A stretch of DNA of 64,000 nt from Octopus vulgaris (lineage: Eukaryota): contig OX597829.1 of the NCBI GenBank assembly GCA_951406725.2, forward strand, positions 16,554,001-16,618,000. Reading direction: 5' to 3'. The translations under genes were made by a program, and so were the position numbers. This document shows positions 1-11,786 of the stretch, one piece after another; position 1 is the stretch's first letter, and each line of letters opens with the position of its first letter. A model generated the notes under the pieces. That model did no database searches, was not told the DNA's origin, and worked only from the letters and a program-made list of their open reading frames with translations.

Positions 1-168
1 TCGTTTAACGTCCGCTTTCCATGCTAGCATGGGTTGGACGATTTGACTGAGGACTGGCGAACCAGATGGCTGCACCAGACTCCAATCTGATCTGGCAATG
101 TTTCTACAGCTGGATGCCCTTCCTAACGCCAACCACTCCGAGAGTGTAGTGGGTGCTTTTTACGTGCC
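1..168 (-). mobile_element. RTE-clade LINE 3' UTR fragment
   Basis: Closely matches 51492-51660, the 3' end of the RTE element whose RT C-terminus lies at 52403-52786. Confidence 0.75.
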
Positions 169-184
169 AATACAATATATATAC

Positions 185-234
<50 letters not shown>

Positions 235-239
235 CATAA

Positions 240-362
240 AATATACAAAATGGGACAAGAACGCAAAACATTCAAATAGACGATACAAAAAACACGAACG
301 GGTCATTCGAAGCCTCTAATCTTCAGTCAAGAACCGGATCATCCTCGCAATTTCGGTTGATT
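240..362 (-). repeat. Dispersed repeat next to (TA)n, possibly a Penelope-type terminal repeat fragment
   Basis: Reverse complement matches 47365-47487 (ccgaaattgc.aggatgatcc.gttcttgactgaagatt...tttttgtatcgtc). Family assignment is inference. Confidence 0.5.
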
Positions 363-528
363 AATCTTGATATTGCTCCAATCTGGCCAGCTCCAATGAA
401 AAACTAAGCTAAGAGCATTAGATTCCTCGGAAAAAGGATCGAATGTATACGAAACAAGAACAGAAAAATGGACGATGTTACACGAATATAAATACAAAAA
501 ATAATACGAATATAAATACAAAAAAAAC

Positions 529-586
<58 letters not shown>
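529..586. repeat. (TAA)n microsatellite
   Basis: Directly visible. Confidence 0.95.
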
Positions 587-589
<3 letters not shown>

Positions 590-819
590 GGACATAACAA
601 CCAGCGTCTTTCGACTGAAACGAATTGAATTCAGTTGGCGTATATATATATATATATCTTCACACAGGCATACATGATTGCATATGTAGATGACGTGTGT
701 GTATGGATGTTATTGTTACACGTGCCCACTCACACATGAAGCAGCTCAGGAACAAAATTTACTTAGGGGGGGTGCAAACCCAGGTCCAAATTTTTTTAAT
801 GAAGAATGTGGATTTTTTC

Positions 820-1057
820 ATTGCTGACAAGATGGAACCAAATCACTAACATAATGGAGGGTGATCAACCAGTTCAAAGTCAGTCATGCACAGCAGCCGT
901 TGAAACCAATGGCTTGCATGCTGAAGAATTGTCCTAATGAAACAAGACCCCATTTCTCAGTTTAACTGGACATTTGATCTTGATAGCCTTTCACAACTGC
1001 CTTAGTAAGTTAGCATTGATGGTTTGATAATTTTGAAGATAGTCTATAAACACAATA
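820..1057 (-). pseudogene. Mariner transposase fragment (catalytic domain, decayed)
   Basis: Minus-strand translation IVFIDYLQNYQTINANLLRQL*KAIKIKCPVKLRNGVLFH*DN resembles the mariner GIVFIDYL...VLFHQDNA region; contains stops. Confidence 0.75.
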
Positions 1058-1516
1058 TGTTTTTGCATTAACGTATAGTATATGTAATAATGTGAAGTAT
1101 ATTTTTGCATATTAAAATGTTTGGATCTTTGCAACGATTTTTGTGTTCACCGCCAACTTCGCGCAATTCATGTGAATGGTATCAACTACAACTCTGTTTC
1201 ATAATGAGCGGTACATTCTTGTTCTTATTAGCTTACAATGTGAACCTGCACTCAATTTGTTGATGGTGTACTGATTTGTGCAGAGAGTGTAGTTATACTT
1301 GAAACACAGCGAAAGAAAATGTTGAGAGAATTTCATGTTGGACATTCTGGTATTTCGAGAATGGAAGTTTAATGTGCAGCTATGAGTACTGGCCAAAAAT
1401 GGATACAGAAATTGAAAATTTTGTGCAAGGCTGTAAAGGATGTGCTCTAGCAGCAAAATTACCGACAATAAAAAGTGAACCTTGGCCAAATGTAGATGTT
1501 CTGTGGTCGAGACTAC

Positions 1517-1660
1517 GGATATTTTCAGTTTGACTGGCAGTTTTTTAAAATAATTTCCACGTGACTAAACACTTTTAAACTTCGATACTAAGTCATAATT
1601 ATGGGTGACAATTTCATATGACACCGCTAGAAAAAACTGCCATTCAAACCGAAAAGATCC
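1517..1660. mobile_element. MITE family M, internally deleted copy
   Basis: TIRs ggat.ttttc.gtttga / tcaaaccgaaaagatcc; perfect 8-bp TSD gagactac at 1509-1516 and 1661-1668. Confidence 0.9.
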
Positions 1661-1919
1661 GAGACTACATATCGATTTCGCTGGTCATTTAAATGGTTCA
1701 TACTACTTAGTGGTAGTTGATAGTTTTTCAAAATGGCCAGGAATTTGTAAGTGTAAAAAACCAACCTCTTCATCTATGACAAATTTTTTTACATAAACTG
1801 TTTGCGAGATTTGGCATCCCAGACGCTACAGTGTCTGACAATGGAACGCAATTTGTGCCATGAATTTAAAAAGTTCTGTAAAACGTTTGCTGTAGAACAT
1901 GTAATTATGGCGTCATACC

Positions 1920-2153
1920 TATTTCTTTACTACCCACTAGGGGCTAAACACAGAGGCGACAAACAAGGACAGACACACGGATTAAGTCGATTACATCGAC
2001 CCCAGTGCGTAACTGGTACTTATTCGATCGACCCCGAAAGGATGAAAAGCAAAGTCGACCTCGGCGGAATTTGAACTCAGAACGTAACGGCAGACGAAAT
2101 ATGGCTACGCATTTCGCCCGGCGTGCTAACGTATCTGCCAGCTCACGCCTTAT
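1920..2153 (-). mobile_element. tRNA-derived SINE family A
   Basis: B-box gagttcaaattcc on minus; central gtcgactttgc.tttcatcctttcggggtcga; 15-bp TSD ttatgg(c/t)gtcatacc at 1905-1919 and 2154-2168. Confidence 0.9.
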
Positions 2154-2936
2154 TTATGGTGTCATACCATTCCAGATCTAACGGACAAGCAGAACGCTTT
2201 GTCGATATATTCAAGAGAGCCATAAGAAAGTCAAGTAAGGAAGTCATGGATGAGATAGTTCTACAACAGCTCTTAAGAGTATACCATGTGATACCAAATT
2301 CAAATACACCAGCAGATATGTCACCAGCGGAGCTGATGTTTGCGAGGAAAATAAAATCACTTTTCGACAAATTGCTACCGGGGAAGAAAAGAAACATTGC
2401 AATGAAAAATACAGCAGGATTCTTCAAAATTGGAGAAAATGTGTTTGTGAGGGCATATAAAAATGAAAAACAAAGTTGGAAAGATGGCGTGATAACCAAG
2501 ATAAATTCTATACTTGGTAAAAAGCAGAAAAGGCGTATACAAGAGACATGAACGAAATGAAAAAAGATTCACTGAGAGCGAACCCAAGATAATGGAAGAA
2601 CCAATGGAATGTTTATATGATATTTTTGAAGTACAATGCCACCACAGGTGATTGAACCCGGAGGTACAAGCATAAGAAAAAAATAGGGAGGCGGGGTGAT
2701 ATTTATAAGTATTTATAAGTATTGCTGTTAAAAGAAATAAAATGACACTCTCTAAGAAAAGAAAAATTAAAAATGGGAAATAATGTGGGGATAATAGTAA
2801 TAATAGTAAATCCCCCACTTGACAAGCGGTATGTGCTAGTCATTATAAATATGGTGATATCGGCCAGTATATATAGAGAGTATTAAGTAGACGGTCATAG
2901 ATAGTCTTACTTGTCTAACTATACTGCTGATATAGT

Positions 2937-3165
2937 AAGGCGGCGAGCTGGCAGAACCGTTAGCACGCCGGGCGAAATGCATAGCCGTATTTCGTCTGCC
3001 GTTACGTTCTGAGTTCAAATTCTGCCGAGATCGACTTTGCCTTTCATCCTTCCGGGGTCGATTAAGTACCAGTTACGCACTGGAGTCGATATAATCGACT
3101 TAATCTGTTTGTCTGTCCTTGTTTGTCCCCTCTATGTTTAGCCCCTTATGTTTAATAAAGAAACA
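2937..3165 (+). mobile_element. SINE family A
   Basis: Full head aaggcggcgagctggcagaa...gagttcaaattc; 17-bp TSD tatactgctgatatagt at 2920-2936 and 3166-3182. Confidence 0.9.
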
Positions 3166-3517
3166 TATACTGCTGATATAGTTTTTGTAAGGTAGTGAAC
3201 ATTTGTGAAAAATTTTTTTTTTTCAAAGTCAAAAATACCTTAAATATTACTCACTGTACCCCACCCACTCACCCCTACTGGAAACTGGAAAAAACAGACT
3301 TTCGGAAATAGCTGTTTGAATTTTTTAAATTTTTATCAGGATTCCCCACCCCCCTCCCACACACTTTTTTTTCACGCATTGCAAAACTATGAAGAGAATC
3401 CATTTTAAAAGAAGAAAAATCTATGTCTTTTAAATGTCGCTTCTCTACCCCCTCACACACACACACGCACACACACACACATCTTCGTAATTTTCTGTCA
3501 TGTTATCTTATTCCACA

Positions 3518-3898
3518 CTAGCACTATGACCCAGCAACACCGGGTCATAGTGCTAGTGCATGCATATACAGCTGCGTGCGTGCGTGCGCACATACACGCG
3601 AGTACTGTCCAAATCTCCGACCAATCACATACAGCTTGTTGGCATTCAATTGGCATATCAAGTTTCAGGCATTTTCATTGGGTTTTGGATTGAAAATTCA
3701 CAAAAAATTCACAATAAAGTCACTTCTATTGAATTTTTAATGGCTTTGCGGGGTGACTGGGGAAATGTAAAGATGTGCACGACCACCCTTGGACGGTTTT
3801 GAATGACAATTGAAAGTGCGAGCCCTCTAACTGAAAAATTGTGGATTTGTATAAAGGACACACACACACAGACATTTTGCCGTTTATATATAGAGAGA
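3518..3898 (-). mobile_element. Non-autonomous Helitron family B
   Basis: On minus: 5' TC, 3' CTAG, inserted between A and T, terminal hairpin ctagcactatgaccc...gggtcatagtgctag; second copy at 30791-31159. Confidence 0.8.
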
Positions 3899-4288
3899 TT
3901 CTGAAACATTTGTAACTTGCATCAAAAGAAAAAACAAAATCTTACTCCTTCTTCTCTACTTCTTTGTACTTTTCACAACGAAAGAAAGTCGATGTCTGAA
4001 AAACGAAATTTGAATTTAGAAAAGTTTACCTAGAAGCAACATTTTCAGTCATTATTTTATTTAAATTTTTCTCTGCTAATTCATCAAATTCAATTACATG
4101 AAATAGATGGGTTTTGAGATTTAAATTTGGTAATTTTCTAAGATTTTACTTCTTGTGTACAAGGCCCCCACCAAACTTGAAGTGCCCCGCCATCCCCCAC
4201 GGTCTTGACTATATTTGATGAGTTGTAGTGCACCTGAGCACAACACATACCCGGTGTTGCTCGGGATTAAAATGGTATAACTTTTTAA

Positions 4289-4465
4289 TCTTTTACTTGT
4301 TTCAGTTATGTGACTGCGGCCATGCTGGAACAATGCCTTTAGTCGAACGTAAGCTTAGTACTTATTCTAACGATGTCTTATGCCTATCCCATAAGTTACG
4401 GGGACGTAAGCACATCCACATAGGTTGTCAAACGATGGTAGGGGTACAAGCACAGACACACACAC
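4289..4465 (-). mobile_element. SINE family C (CORE-type), 3' fragment
   Basis: ttttacttgtttcagt...gactgcggccatgctgga...aagttacggggacgtaa matches the full copies at 25833 and 59470. Confidence 0.75.
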
Positions 4466-4466
4466 A

Positions 4467-4553
4467 CAAAAGTGAAACTATAAAAGTGAAAGAATAAAAG
4501 TGAAAGAATAAAAGTGAAAGAATAAAAGTGAAACAATATAAATGTGAAACAAT
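4467..4553. repeat. ~14-bp tandem repeat (aaaagtgaaagaat)
   Basis: About six degenerate units visible. Confidence 0.8.
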
Positions 4554-4767
4554 ATTATATCACATTGTAATGGAGATGTTATTGTTTCACTTTTGACACG
4601 TAATACCGAACCTGTCTAAGAGATTGCTTTGGGCTCGCAATAAGCAATAAGTTGAACATTTTTTTGACCCATAACACTCCATGGACCCTACGTAATGCAT
4701 GTGTAAAATTCGAATGAAATCGGTTGGTTAGCTCTCGAGTTTTCGTGATGCACACATAACAGACAGA

Positions 4768-6520
4768 GTTATGGACCGAAACTTATCAATACGATTCCCC
4801 TCAGGTGCACGATTCTTCGTCTCACAGAACAGGGAATTTCCAAGTTTGCTATATGTTGCGGTATATATCTACCAAGAGTTCTCCCAAAAAGTCAAACATA
4901 CAACAGTAATACTCATAGTGGACAATCCGAAGGAGGCGTTTCAGCTGCTGTACATCAACATTCACTTCTTGTATCTCTGCGACGGGAAGACACTAAAGTC
5001 CATCCTCCGATCGGGCAGCCATTCGACCCAACCAGCCGAGCGAAATGATGTTGGAAAACCACACATATGTGCCTGCTGTGGTCCGCCAGTGATCGAATTG
5101 TAACTTTGTTGCCACGCTTCACCTCCGCTACTCCGGGTCTTCGAACACCATTTGTCTCTTCGTGCTTTAACTCTGACAATCCAGCTTTCATGCTTTGCGT
5201 TGAAGAATTTGTCGATACCCATTCTTGCTGCAAGTACGTCGATTGCAATGCCTTTCCTTCTTTTCGAAACTGCTATATCTCCCGCTTCTCATATTTTTTT
5301 TGTTGTTTTTTTTGTTTCTATTGCAGTAAAGTTAATAATCCTGTTTGATTCTTCACTAATTGTTCTTTGCAGGCCGGACTACCATTTGACGTCAGCGAGC
5401 GCCCCTGTTAACACCCGCTTAACTCATTCGCAGATTTGGTTTTTGTAAGCCTAGAGCACTGGGAACAATACGTTCAGTTTCCAGGAACAGTATCCTTTAC
5501 TACGAAGCTTATCTATATCTATTTCTTTACCACCCACAAGGGGCTAAACACAGAGAAGATAAACAAGGATAGACAAACGGATTAAGTCGATTATATCGAC
5601 CCCAGTGCGTAACTGGTACTTAATCGACCCCGAAAGGATGAAAGGCAAAGTCGACCTCGGCGGAATTTGAACTTAGAACGTAGCGGCAGACGAAATACTG
5701 CCAAGCATTTCGTCCGGCGTGCTAACGATTCTGTCAGCTCGCCGCCTTAGATAAGCTACGAAGCTTATCTATATCGTCCATATAGATCTCATATTAGTAC
5801 TTTGTGTAGCTAACGATTCTGAAATGTGACCAACATATGCTATCTTTATATACTGACCTAAACGACAATCTATCTAGGTATGGCCTTAATGACACGATGC
5901 GGTTTGTCTATGGTTAAACATTTGGTAATCGACTCGGAACCTGTCAGACAGTTGGAAACTTCTAAGCAAGTCTGCGAGGCTTTTGTATCACCGCCTTTCT
6001 CTCAGCTAGTCGTTCACTAACACTAAAGAGCAGGGTGTTCCGAAGAAAACCTCCAGACGCCCTAAGAAATCTGGTGCTCCACCCCATTCGTAGCGTAGAC
6101 AGCTATTGGCCTGAAAGCAATCCCTTCACTGCTGCTCAAGTCCAGGACCACAAACTTAGATTTTGTATCCACGAAGATGGTCCGTATTGTGAAATACAGA
6201 TCCCTCCGAAGCAACACGGTCCATCCTCTTTTAACTCCCAGTCAACTTGGGAATATGTACATCTGGTATCCAGCGAAAAGATTTTAGTTTCACGTGACAT
6301 CTATTTTCAATGGTCTAAGGTCATTGAATTAACTGATGACCCAAATTTAAAACTGACCTCAGGTCATATGCTTTTATACTGCCTACTCTGACGAATGTAA
6401 TTAAACTGAAGAAGGAACGTGAAGTAGGCCCACGTATCTTATTCCATTGGAATTCTGCTGATTTTAGGCGTTCGAAGAATCTTTCCTTTTGTAGCCATCT
6501 CTTATATTTCACCTGCCCAC
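4768..6520 (-). pseudogene. L1/Tx1-clade LINE ORF2 remnant (APE endonuclease to start of RT)
   Basis: Minus frames give KFVVLDLSSSEGIAFRPIAVYAT (endonuclease, ~6100-6165), HYEYYCCMFDFLGELLVDIYRN (~4860-4920) and GNRIDKFRSITL (~4770-4800); many stops and frameshifts. Confidence 0.7.
5520..5748 (-). mobile_element. SINE family A inserted in the Tx1 remnant
   Basis: Full-length copy; 20-bp TSD ctacgaagcttatctatatc at 5500-5519 and 5756-5775. Confidence 0.9.
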
Positions 6521-6826
6521 CTGCTTTGGAGTATTTATTTTAAAGATGTGTTTTGATATTTGGAATGATTCTTAGGTGGGCTGGAATGCTTTTAGTAAAT
6601 ACGACGTTGATAGTATGTTCGGTGTGTGTATATTAGTAGTCGCCGTCGTCATGGTCATGTATGGAACGCCTGCAGCGCATTGATGGCACCACAACGAAAA
6701 TGTTCCCGATTGAGCTGCCTCGTCACTAATGTCCAACCAGCTCTTGATAATGTCCACCCATTGTCCGTCTTTGCCTTCCTCTTGATCTACTACCCCCTAC
6801 ACTTCCTTTCATGATATTGTATGTTA

Positions 6827-7121
6827 AGGCGGCAAGCTGGCAGAAATGTTAGCATGCCGGGCGAAATGCGTAGCCGTATTTCGTCTGCCGTTACGTTCTG
6901 AGTTCAAATTTAGCCCCTTGTGGGTAGTAAAGAAATAGGTATTTCGTCTGCCGCTACGTTCTGAGTTCAAATTCCGCCGAGGTCGACTTTGCCTTTCATC
7001 CTTTCGGGGTCGATAAATTAAGTACCATTTACGCAGTGGGGTCGATGTAATCGACTTAATCCGTTTGTCTGTCCTTGTTTGTCCCCTCTGTATTTAGCCC
7101 CTTGTGGGTAGTAAAGAAATA
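6827..7121 (+). mobile_element. SINE family A, partial dimer
   Basis: Head plus a deleted first body, then a complete second body; TSD gatattgtatgtta at 6813-6826 and 7122-7135. Confidence 0.9.
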
Positions 7122-7365
7122 GATATTGTATGTTAGTACGTCCTCCACTAATCCTTAATCGTTTGCGTTTGTGGTCGTTTAGTTATTGCCTTTCTGTTCG
7201 TGTTGGTTGTTGTCATCTGACTTGTATGTCTAAATTAGTTTGTGTTTATGTTTACGCTCGTAATGGTGGCGACTGTGGCGGTGGTAATGGCGATGATAAA
7301 GGTGATGATGTTGGTTGTACTGAAGCATCTGCTGTTTGGATTGATGTTGCTACATCAATCCCAAT

Positions 7366-7684
7366 CTCTCTCACACCCTTTTCAAGCCTAGCCAGGCTCA
7401 CGGTCCCGGTTTCTCAGGTTTCTGTGGCGTATGTGTTCCCCTCCCCCCAGCTGGACGGGACGCCAGTCCATCGCAGCATTACTCAAGAAACAGGAAGAGA
7501 GAGTGAGAGAAAGTTGGGGCGGAAGAGTACAACAGGGGTCGCCACCACCACCCCCTGTCGGAGCCTCGTGGAGCTTTTAGGTATTTTCGCTCAATAAACA
7601 CACACAACGCCTGACCTGGGAATCAAAACCGCGATCCTCCGACCACGAGTCCGCTACCCTAACCACTAGGCCATTGCGCATCCG
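7366..7684 (-). mobile_element. tRNA-derived SINE family D (tail type 1)
   Basis: Minus head gcgcaatggcctagtggttaggg...ggttttgattccc; TSD atcaatcccaat at 7354-7365 and 7685-7696. Confidence 0.85.
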
Positions 7685-8209
7685 ATCAATCCCAATAGCA
7701 GCTCAAAAGTATCTCAGTTTTTTTCACTGGCGCATTTGTGTTTCTTTTCGTTTTCTGTTTTGGCATTTGTTACTGTTTGCCATTTTTTTCTGTCTTCCCC
7801 CGTCGTCTTCGCCACACACGTTTCTGTGGTGTGAGTAACAGCGGGACGTGTTTTCAGGCGGTTTGTGCAGACGTTTTTGTTAGTGTAGTTGTTGTTTTAA
7901 GATTTGTTTTTTTCTTTTCTGTTCATGTTATTGTTGCTGCTGCTGTTTGTTGTGGCCCTCAATGGTGGTGAGTTTCCTGTGGTTTTACTGGCTGTTGCTT
8001 CCACTGCTGCTGCTGCCGCCGCTACTGTTGCTGCCGCAGTTGTTGTTGTTGGCGGTGGTGGGTGGTAGTGGTGGAATTGATGGTGCTGGTGTAGGCGTTG
8101 CAGTCAGTTTCTGCTGCTGCCGCTGCTGCTGTTTTCGCAGCTGCTGCTTTTACTCATATTGCCATTAATGCTGTTATGGTCGCTTGCCACTGTTGGGGGG
8201 CTGTTGTTG

Positions 8210-8610
8210 CAGCGGCGGCGGTGGCGGCGGTGTTGGCGTTGGTGGTGGTGGTGGTGGTAGTGGTGGTGGTAGTGGTGGTGGTAGTGGTGGTGGTGGTTGC
8301 GGTGGTAGTGGTGGTAGTGGTGGCGGTGGTGGTGGCGTTGGTGGTGGTGGTAGTGGCGGTGGTGGCGGTGGCGGTGGTGGTGGTGGTAGTGGTGGTGGTA
8401 GTGGTGGTGGTGGTTGCGGTGGTAGTGGTGGTAGTGGTGGCGGTGGTGGTGGCGTTGGTGGTGGTGGTAGTGGTGGTGGTGGCGGTGGCGGCGGTGTTGG
8501 CGATGGTGGTGGTGATGGTGGCGGCGGCAGTGGCGGTTGTGGTGGTGGTGGTGGCGGTGGTGGCGTTGGTGGTGGTGGTAGTGGTGGTGGTGGCGGCGGC
8601 GGTGGTGGCG
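8210..8610. repeat. Compound (GGT/GGC/GTA)n trinucleotide tract with a ~117-bp internal duplication
   Basis: Block gtagtggtggtggtggttgcggtggtagtgg...ggcgttggtgg recurs at 8281 and 8398. Confidence 0.9.
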
Positions 8611-9097
8611 TCGACAAAAGTAGTGGTTTTTCTTCTTTCCTGTGATAGAGGTGACGGTGGTGGTGGTGTTGATGGTGGTGATTGCACTTACATAGTTGCT
8701 TTTCAGGATTCTGTTGGTGCATTGTTGCTCAAAAGGCATCTGCCCCCGTTTGTTAATACTGTTTTTTTCTTTTGTGTGTGTGTTAGTGTTTGCTTCTTTT
8801 TTTTTTTAGTATTTTTTCTTTCATTGCATTAGTTGCCTTTTTGTATATATCGGACTTTTTAAAAACCCCGCATCCAACATAACACGCTTGAAGGATCCCA
8901 AATGCAGAGGGCAAATCTTGAGGGATGTTGTCCTTTTATTTTGTGTTTTTTTTGTCGGCGAAGTGATGGCTCATGCGGCGGTGTTTTTTTTTGTTGTTGC
9001 TGTTATTTCATCTCTTGGTCATGATGTTGCAGTTATTGCTGTAGGTACTATTTCCAGTTTGTAGCTGATGTTACAATTACTGTTGCTGGGGGTTGAA

Positions 9098-9198
<101 letters not shown>

Positions 9199-9229
9199 AT
9201 GCAGTGTCATTTGCGTGATAAAAAGATTT

Positions 9230-9770
9230 TGGTTTCAGCACTCATTTTTCTGTTATTCTTGGGAGCAGGAATCTTTGAGGTTAATAGTGTTTCCACAGTT
9301 GTAAGCCCTAACACCTTCTAACCCTCCGCCAATCACTTGATGTCGCTACCTTCCTCAAATCTCTATAAGATTGGGAGATTTGTACAGTGTCTCAATTTTC
9401 AGCTGAATCAGAATACCCCACTACACCCCCACCACTACCTCCACCCAATTTACCTTTTTATTTCCGGCAGCTTGCCAAGGTATTACAAGTCTAGTTCTAG
9501 CAGTATGTTTTGAGATTTTTTTACTCACATCAACCTCTATCCCACGCAGATTGGTATCAGTATAAAATATTAATTTCTCTGTGAGGAGACGGCAGTGTGA
9601 TTCTATCCTAAGATTTCCGAATGGAAAAATAACATGGATATATCCGAACTTATGGGTATGTCTCACGCAACATTAATGTCTTCCCATATATTTTTTATGC
9701 AAGTTCAGCTTCTTCTGACGGTATACGACCTAATTTGTATATTTTTCGCCCATAAACATTTTTACAGAAT
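9230..9770 (-). pseudogene. Possible L1/Tx1 ORF1 remnant
   Basis: Degenerate zinc-knuckle-like RAYNCGNTINLKDSC (~9260-9310), same strand as and upstream of the ORF2 remnant at 4768-6520. Confidence 0.4.
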
Positions 9771-9784
9771 TGCTTACATATCTG

Positions 9785-10180
9785 GGATCTTTTCGGTTTG
9801 AACGGCAGTGTCATATGAAATTGTCACCCATAATTATGACCCTAGTATCGATCTATTGCATTTCAATCTGTTTTAGGGTTAGGGTGGGGGGAAGGTATCT
9901 TTTTTTCTTCAGAAATGTAAATAAACCCAATCTGTTTTTTAAACGAGGGACATATTCATATGGCACAGAATGTATTCACCTCAATAGACGTCATTGATTG
10001 GTTGAAATTGCAGAAATTGAAGAAAAAAAACGATAAATATCTTACAAACTATAGAATTTTCTCAATAAAGCCAAGAGACAAATATATTTTATAAACACAT
10101 TCTACCAGTATATGAAGTTTAAAAGTGTTTAGTTACGTGGAAATTATTTTTAAAAAATGCCGTTCAAACCGAAAATATCC
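9785..10180. mobile_element. MITE family M
   Basis: TIR ggatcttttcggtttgaacggca / tgccgttcaaaccgaaaatatcc; perfect 8-bp TSD catatctg at 9777-9784 and 10181-10188. Confidence 0.92.
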
Positions 10181-10373
10181 CATATCTGTTGTTATAAAAG
10201 GTGTTACTGTATATTGAGCCTAGTTTTTTTGCTGTTCTAGTCTGTTGACGTTTTTGTTCTCTTCTTCTCAATGTTCATGTCTTTGTTTTGTGAGATGAGA
10301 TCGAAAACGTTCTGATCTTAGCAAAAGAAATATCTTTGCTGTATTTTCAGTGCTTCTGTTGTTAGTATTACCT

Positions 10374-10789
10374 ATTTCTTTACTACCCACAAGGGGCTAA
10401 ACACAGAGGGGGACAAACAAGGACAGACAAACAGATTAAGTCGATTATATCAACCCTAGTGCGTAACTGGTACTTAATTTATCGACCCCGAGAGGATGAA
10501 ACGCAAAGTCAACCTCAGCGGATTTTGAACTCAGAACGTAGCGGCAGACGAAATACCTATTTCTTTACTACCCACAGGGGGCTAAACACAGGGGACAAAC
10601 AAGGACAGACAAACAGATTAATCGATTATATCGACTCCTGTGCGTAACTGGTACTTATTTAATCGACCCCGAAAGGATGAAAGGCAAAGTCGACCTCGGC
10701 AGAATTTGAACTCAGAACGTAGCGGCAGACGAAATACCACTAAGCATTTCGCCCGGCGTGCTAACAATTCTACCAGTTCGCCGCCTTCC
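10374..10789 (-). mobile_element. SINE family A dimer
   Basis: One head plus two ~185-bp bodies within a single TSD gttgttagtattacct (10358-10373, 10790-10805). Confidence 0.9.
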
Positions 10790-11639
10790 GTTGTTAGTAT
10801 TACCTTTCGTCGATGTTGATATTGCCTTCTTAGGCGGGTGGCAGCGGTGGTGATTATGATTGTGGTGGTGGTGTTGATTGTGTTCGTTATAGTATTAGTG
10901 GTTGTGGTGGTGGAGATGGTAATGGTGATTGTGGTTGTGATTGTGTTGGTGATAGTGGTGGTGGTGATGGTGATGACGATAATGGTGGTGATAGTAGTTC
11001 TGGTGGTTTGGGTAGGATCTTTCTGGTTTTCGTCACTTTTACTCTTTTATTTGTTTCAGTCATTTGACTGCGGCCATGCTGGAGCACACTGTTACAATTT
11101 TCTTCCAATTGTTTTCAAATTTGGAATATGGATTACGTTTTGTATATTAATTATGAAAAATAAAATTCATTTTTCCCTATAAATTCATAACTAAAAAGTT
11201 ATTAGCCTTTGAAATTTACAAAATTTGGGTATATTAGCCAATCAGAAGCAAGTATTTTAGACTTCATCGTGGCGAAGAAGTCTATTTCTATAGTAACCAA
11301 AAACAAAGACGCACTATGTGTTCCATAGCTGATTGTGAAGAACTCTGTTTCCATAGTAACCAAAGATGCTGCACATGCGCACAAGCAGTGTAGCCACCGC
11401 TTGTTCTATAATTGTTTGTTTTCATAACAGATGGAACTCGCACTCAATAATTTTAGTCTAATGTTTTGACATGCCGGTGCCCCCCCCCCCCCCCCCGTCC
11501 CCTGATGATAGTAGAGGCAGCGAACATGCTGTTTTCTGATTGGCTGAAAATTCTGAAAATTATCAAACTTTGAAAACCTATAACACTTTTGCAGAATTTT
11601 TCTGGAATAAATGAATTCGGATTCAGTGTCAAAAATTAC

Positions 11640-11786
11640 GGATCTTTTCGGTTTGAACGGCAGTTTTTTAAAATAATTTCCACGTAACTAAATGCTTTTA
11701 AACTTCGTATACTGGTAGAATGTGTTTATAAAACATCTTTTTCTCTTGGCTTTATTGAGAAAATTCTATAGTTTGTAAGATATTTG
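11640..11786. mobile_element. MITE family M, truncated copy
   Basis: One TIR plus ~120 bp matching 53303-53450. Confidence 0.85.

Larger units (their letters stand above)
1250..2697 (+). mobile_element. Ty3/Gypsy LTR retrotransposon, integrase remnant with polypurine tract
   Basis: HHCC finger (REFHVGHSGISRM...CKGC), PWP...WSRL|HIDFAG...YLVVVDSFSKWP and YHSRSNGQAERFVD...SPAELMFARKI. Purine tract aaaaaatagggaggcgggg ends near 2697 and is followed by tg (possible 3' LTR start). Frameshifted and interrupted by two insertions. Confidence 0.85.

Noticed and set aside
8098-8832. Long Pro-, Thr-, His-, Gly- and Val-rich ORFs
   Set aside because: Open in five frames only because the trinucleotide repeat lacks stops; no domain or splice evidence.
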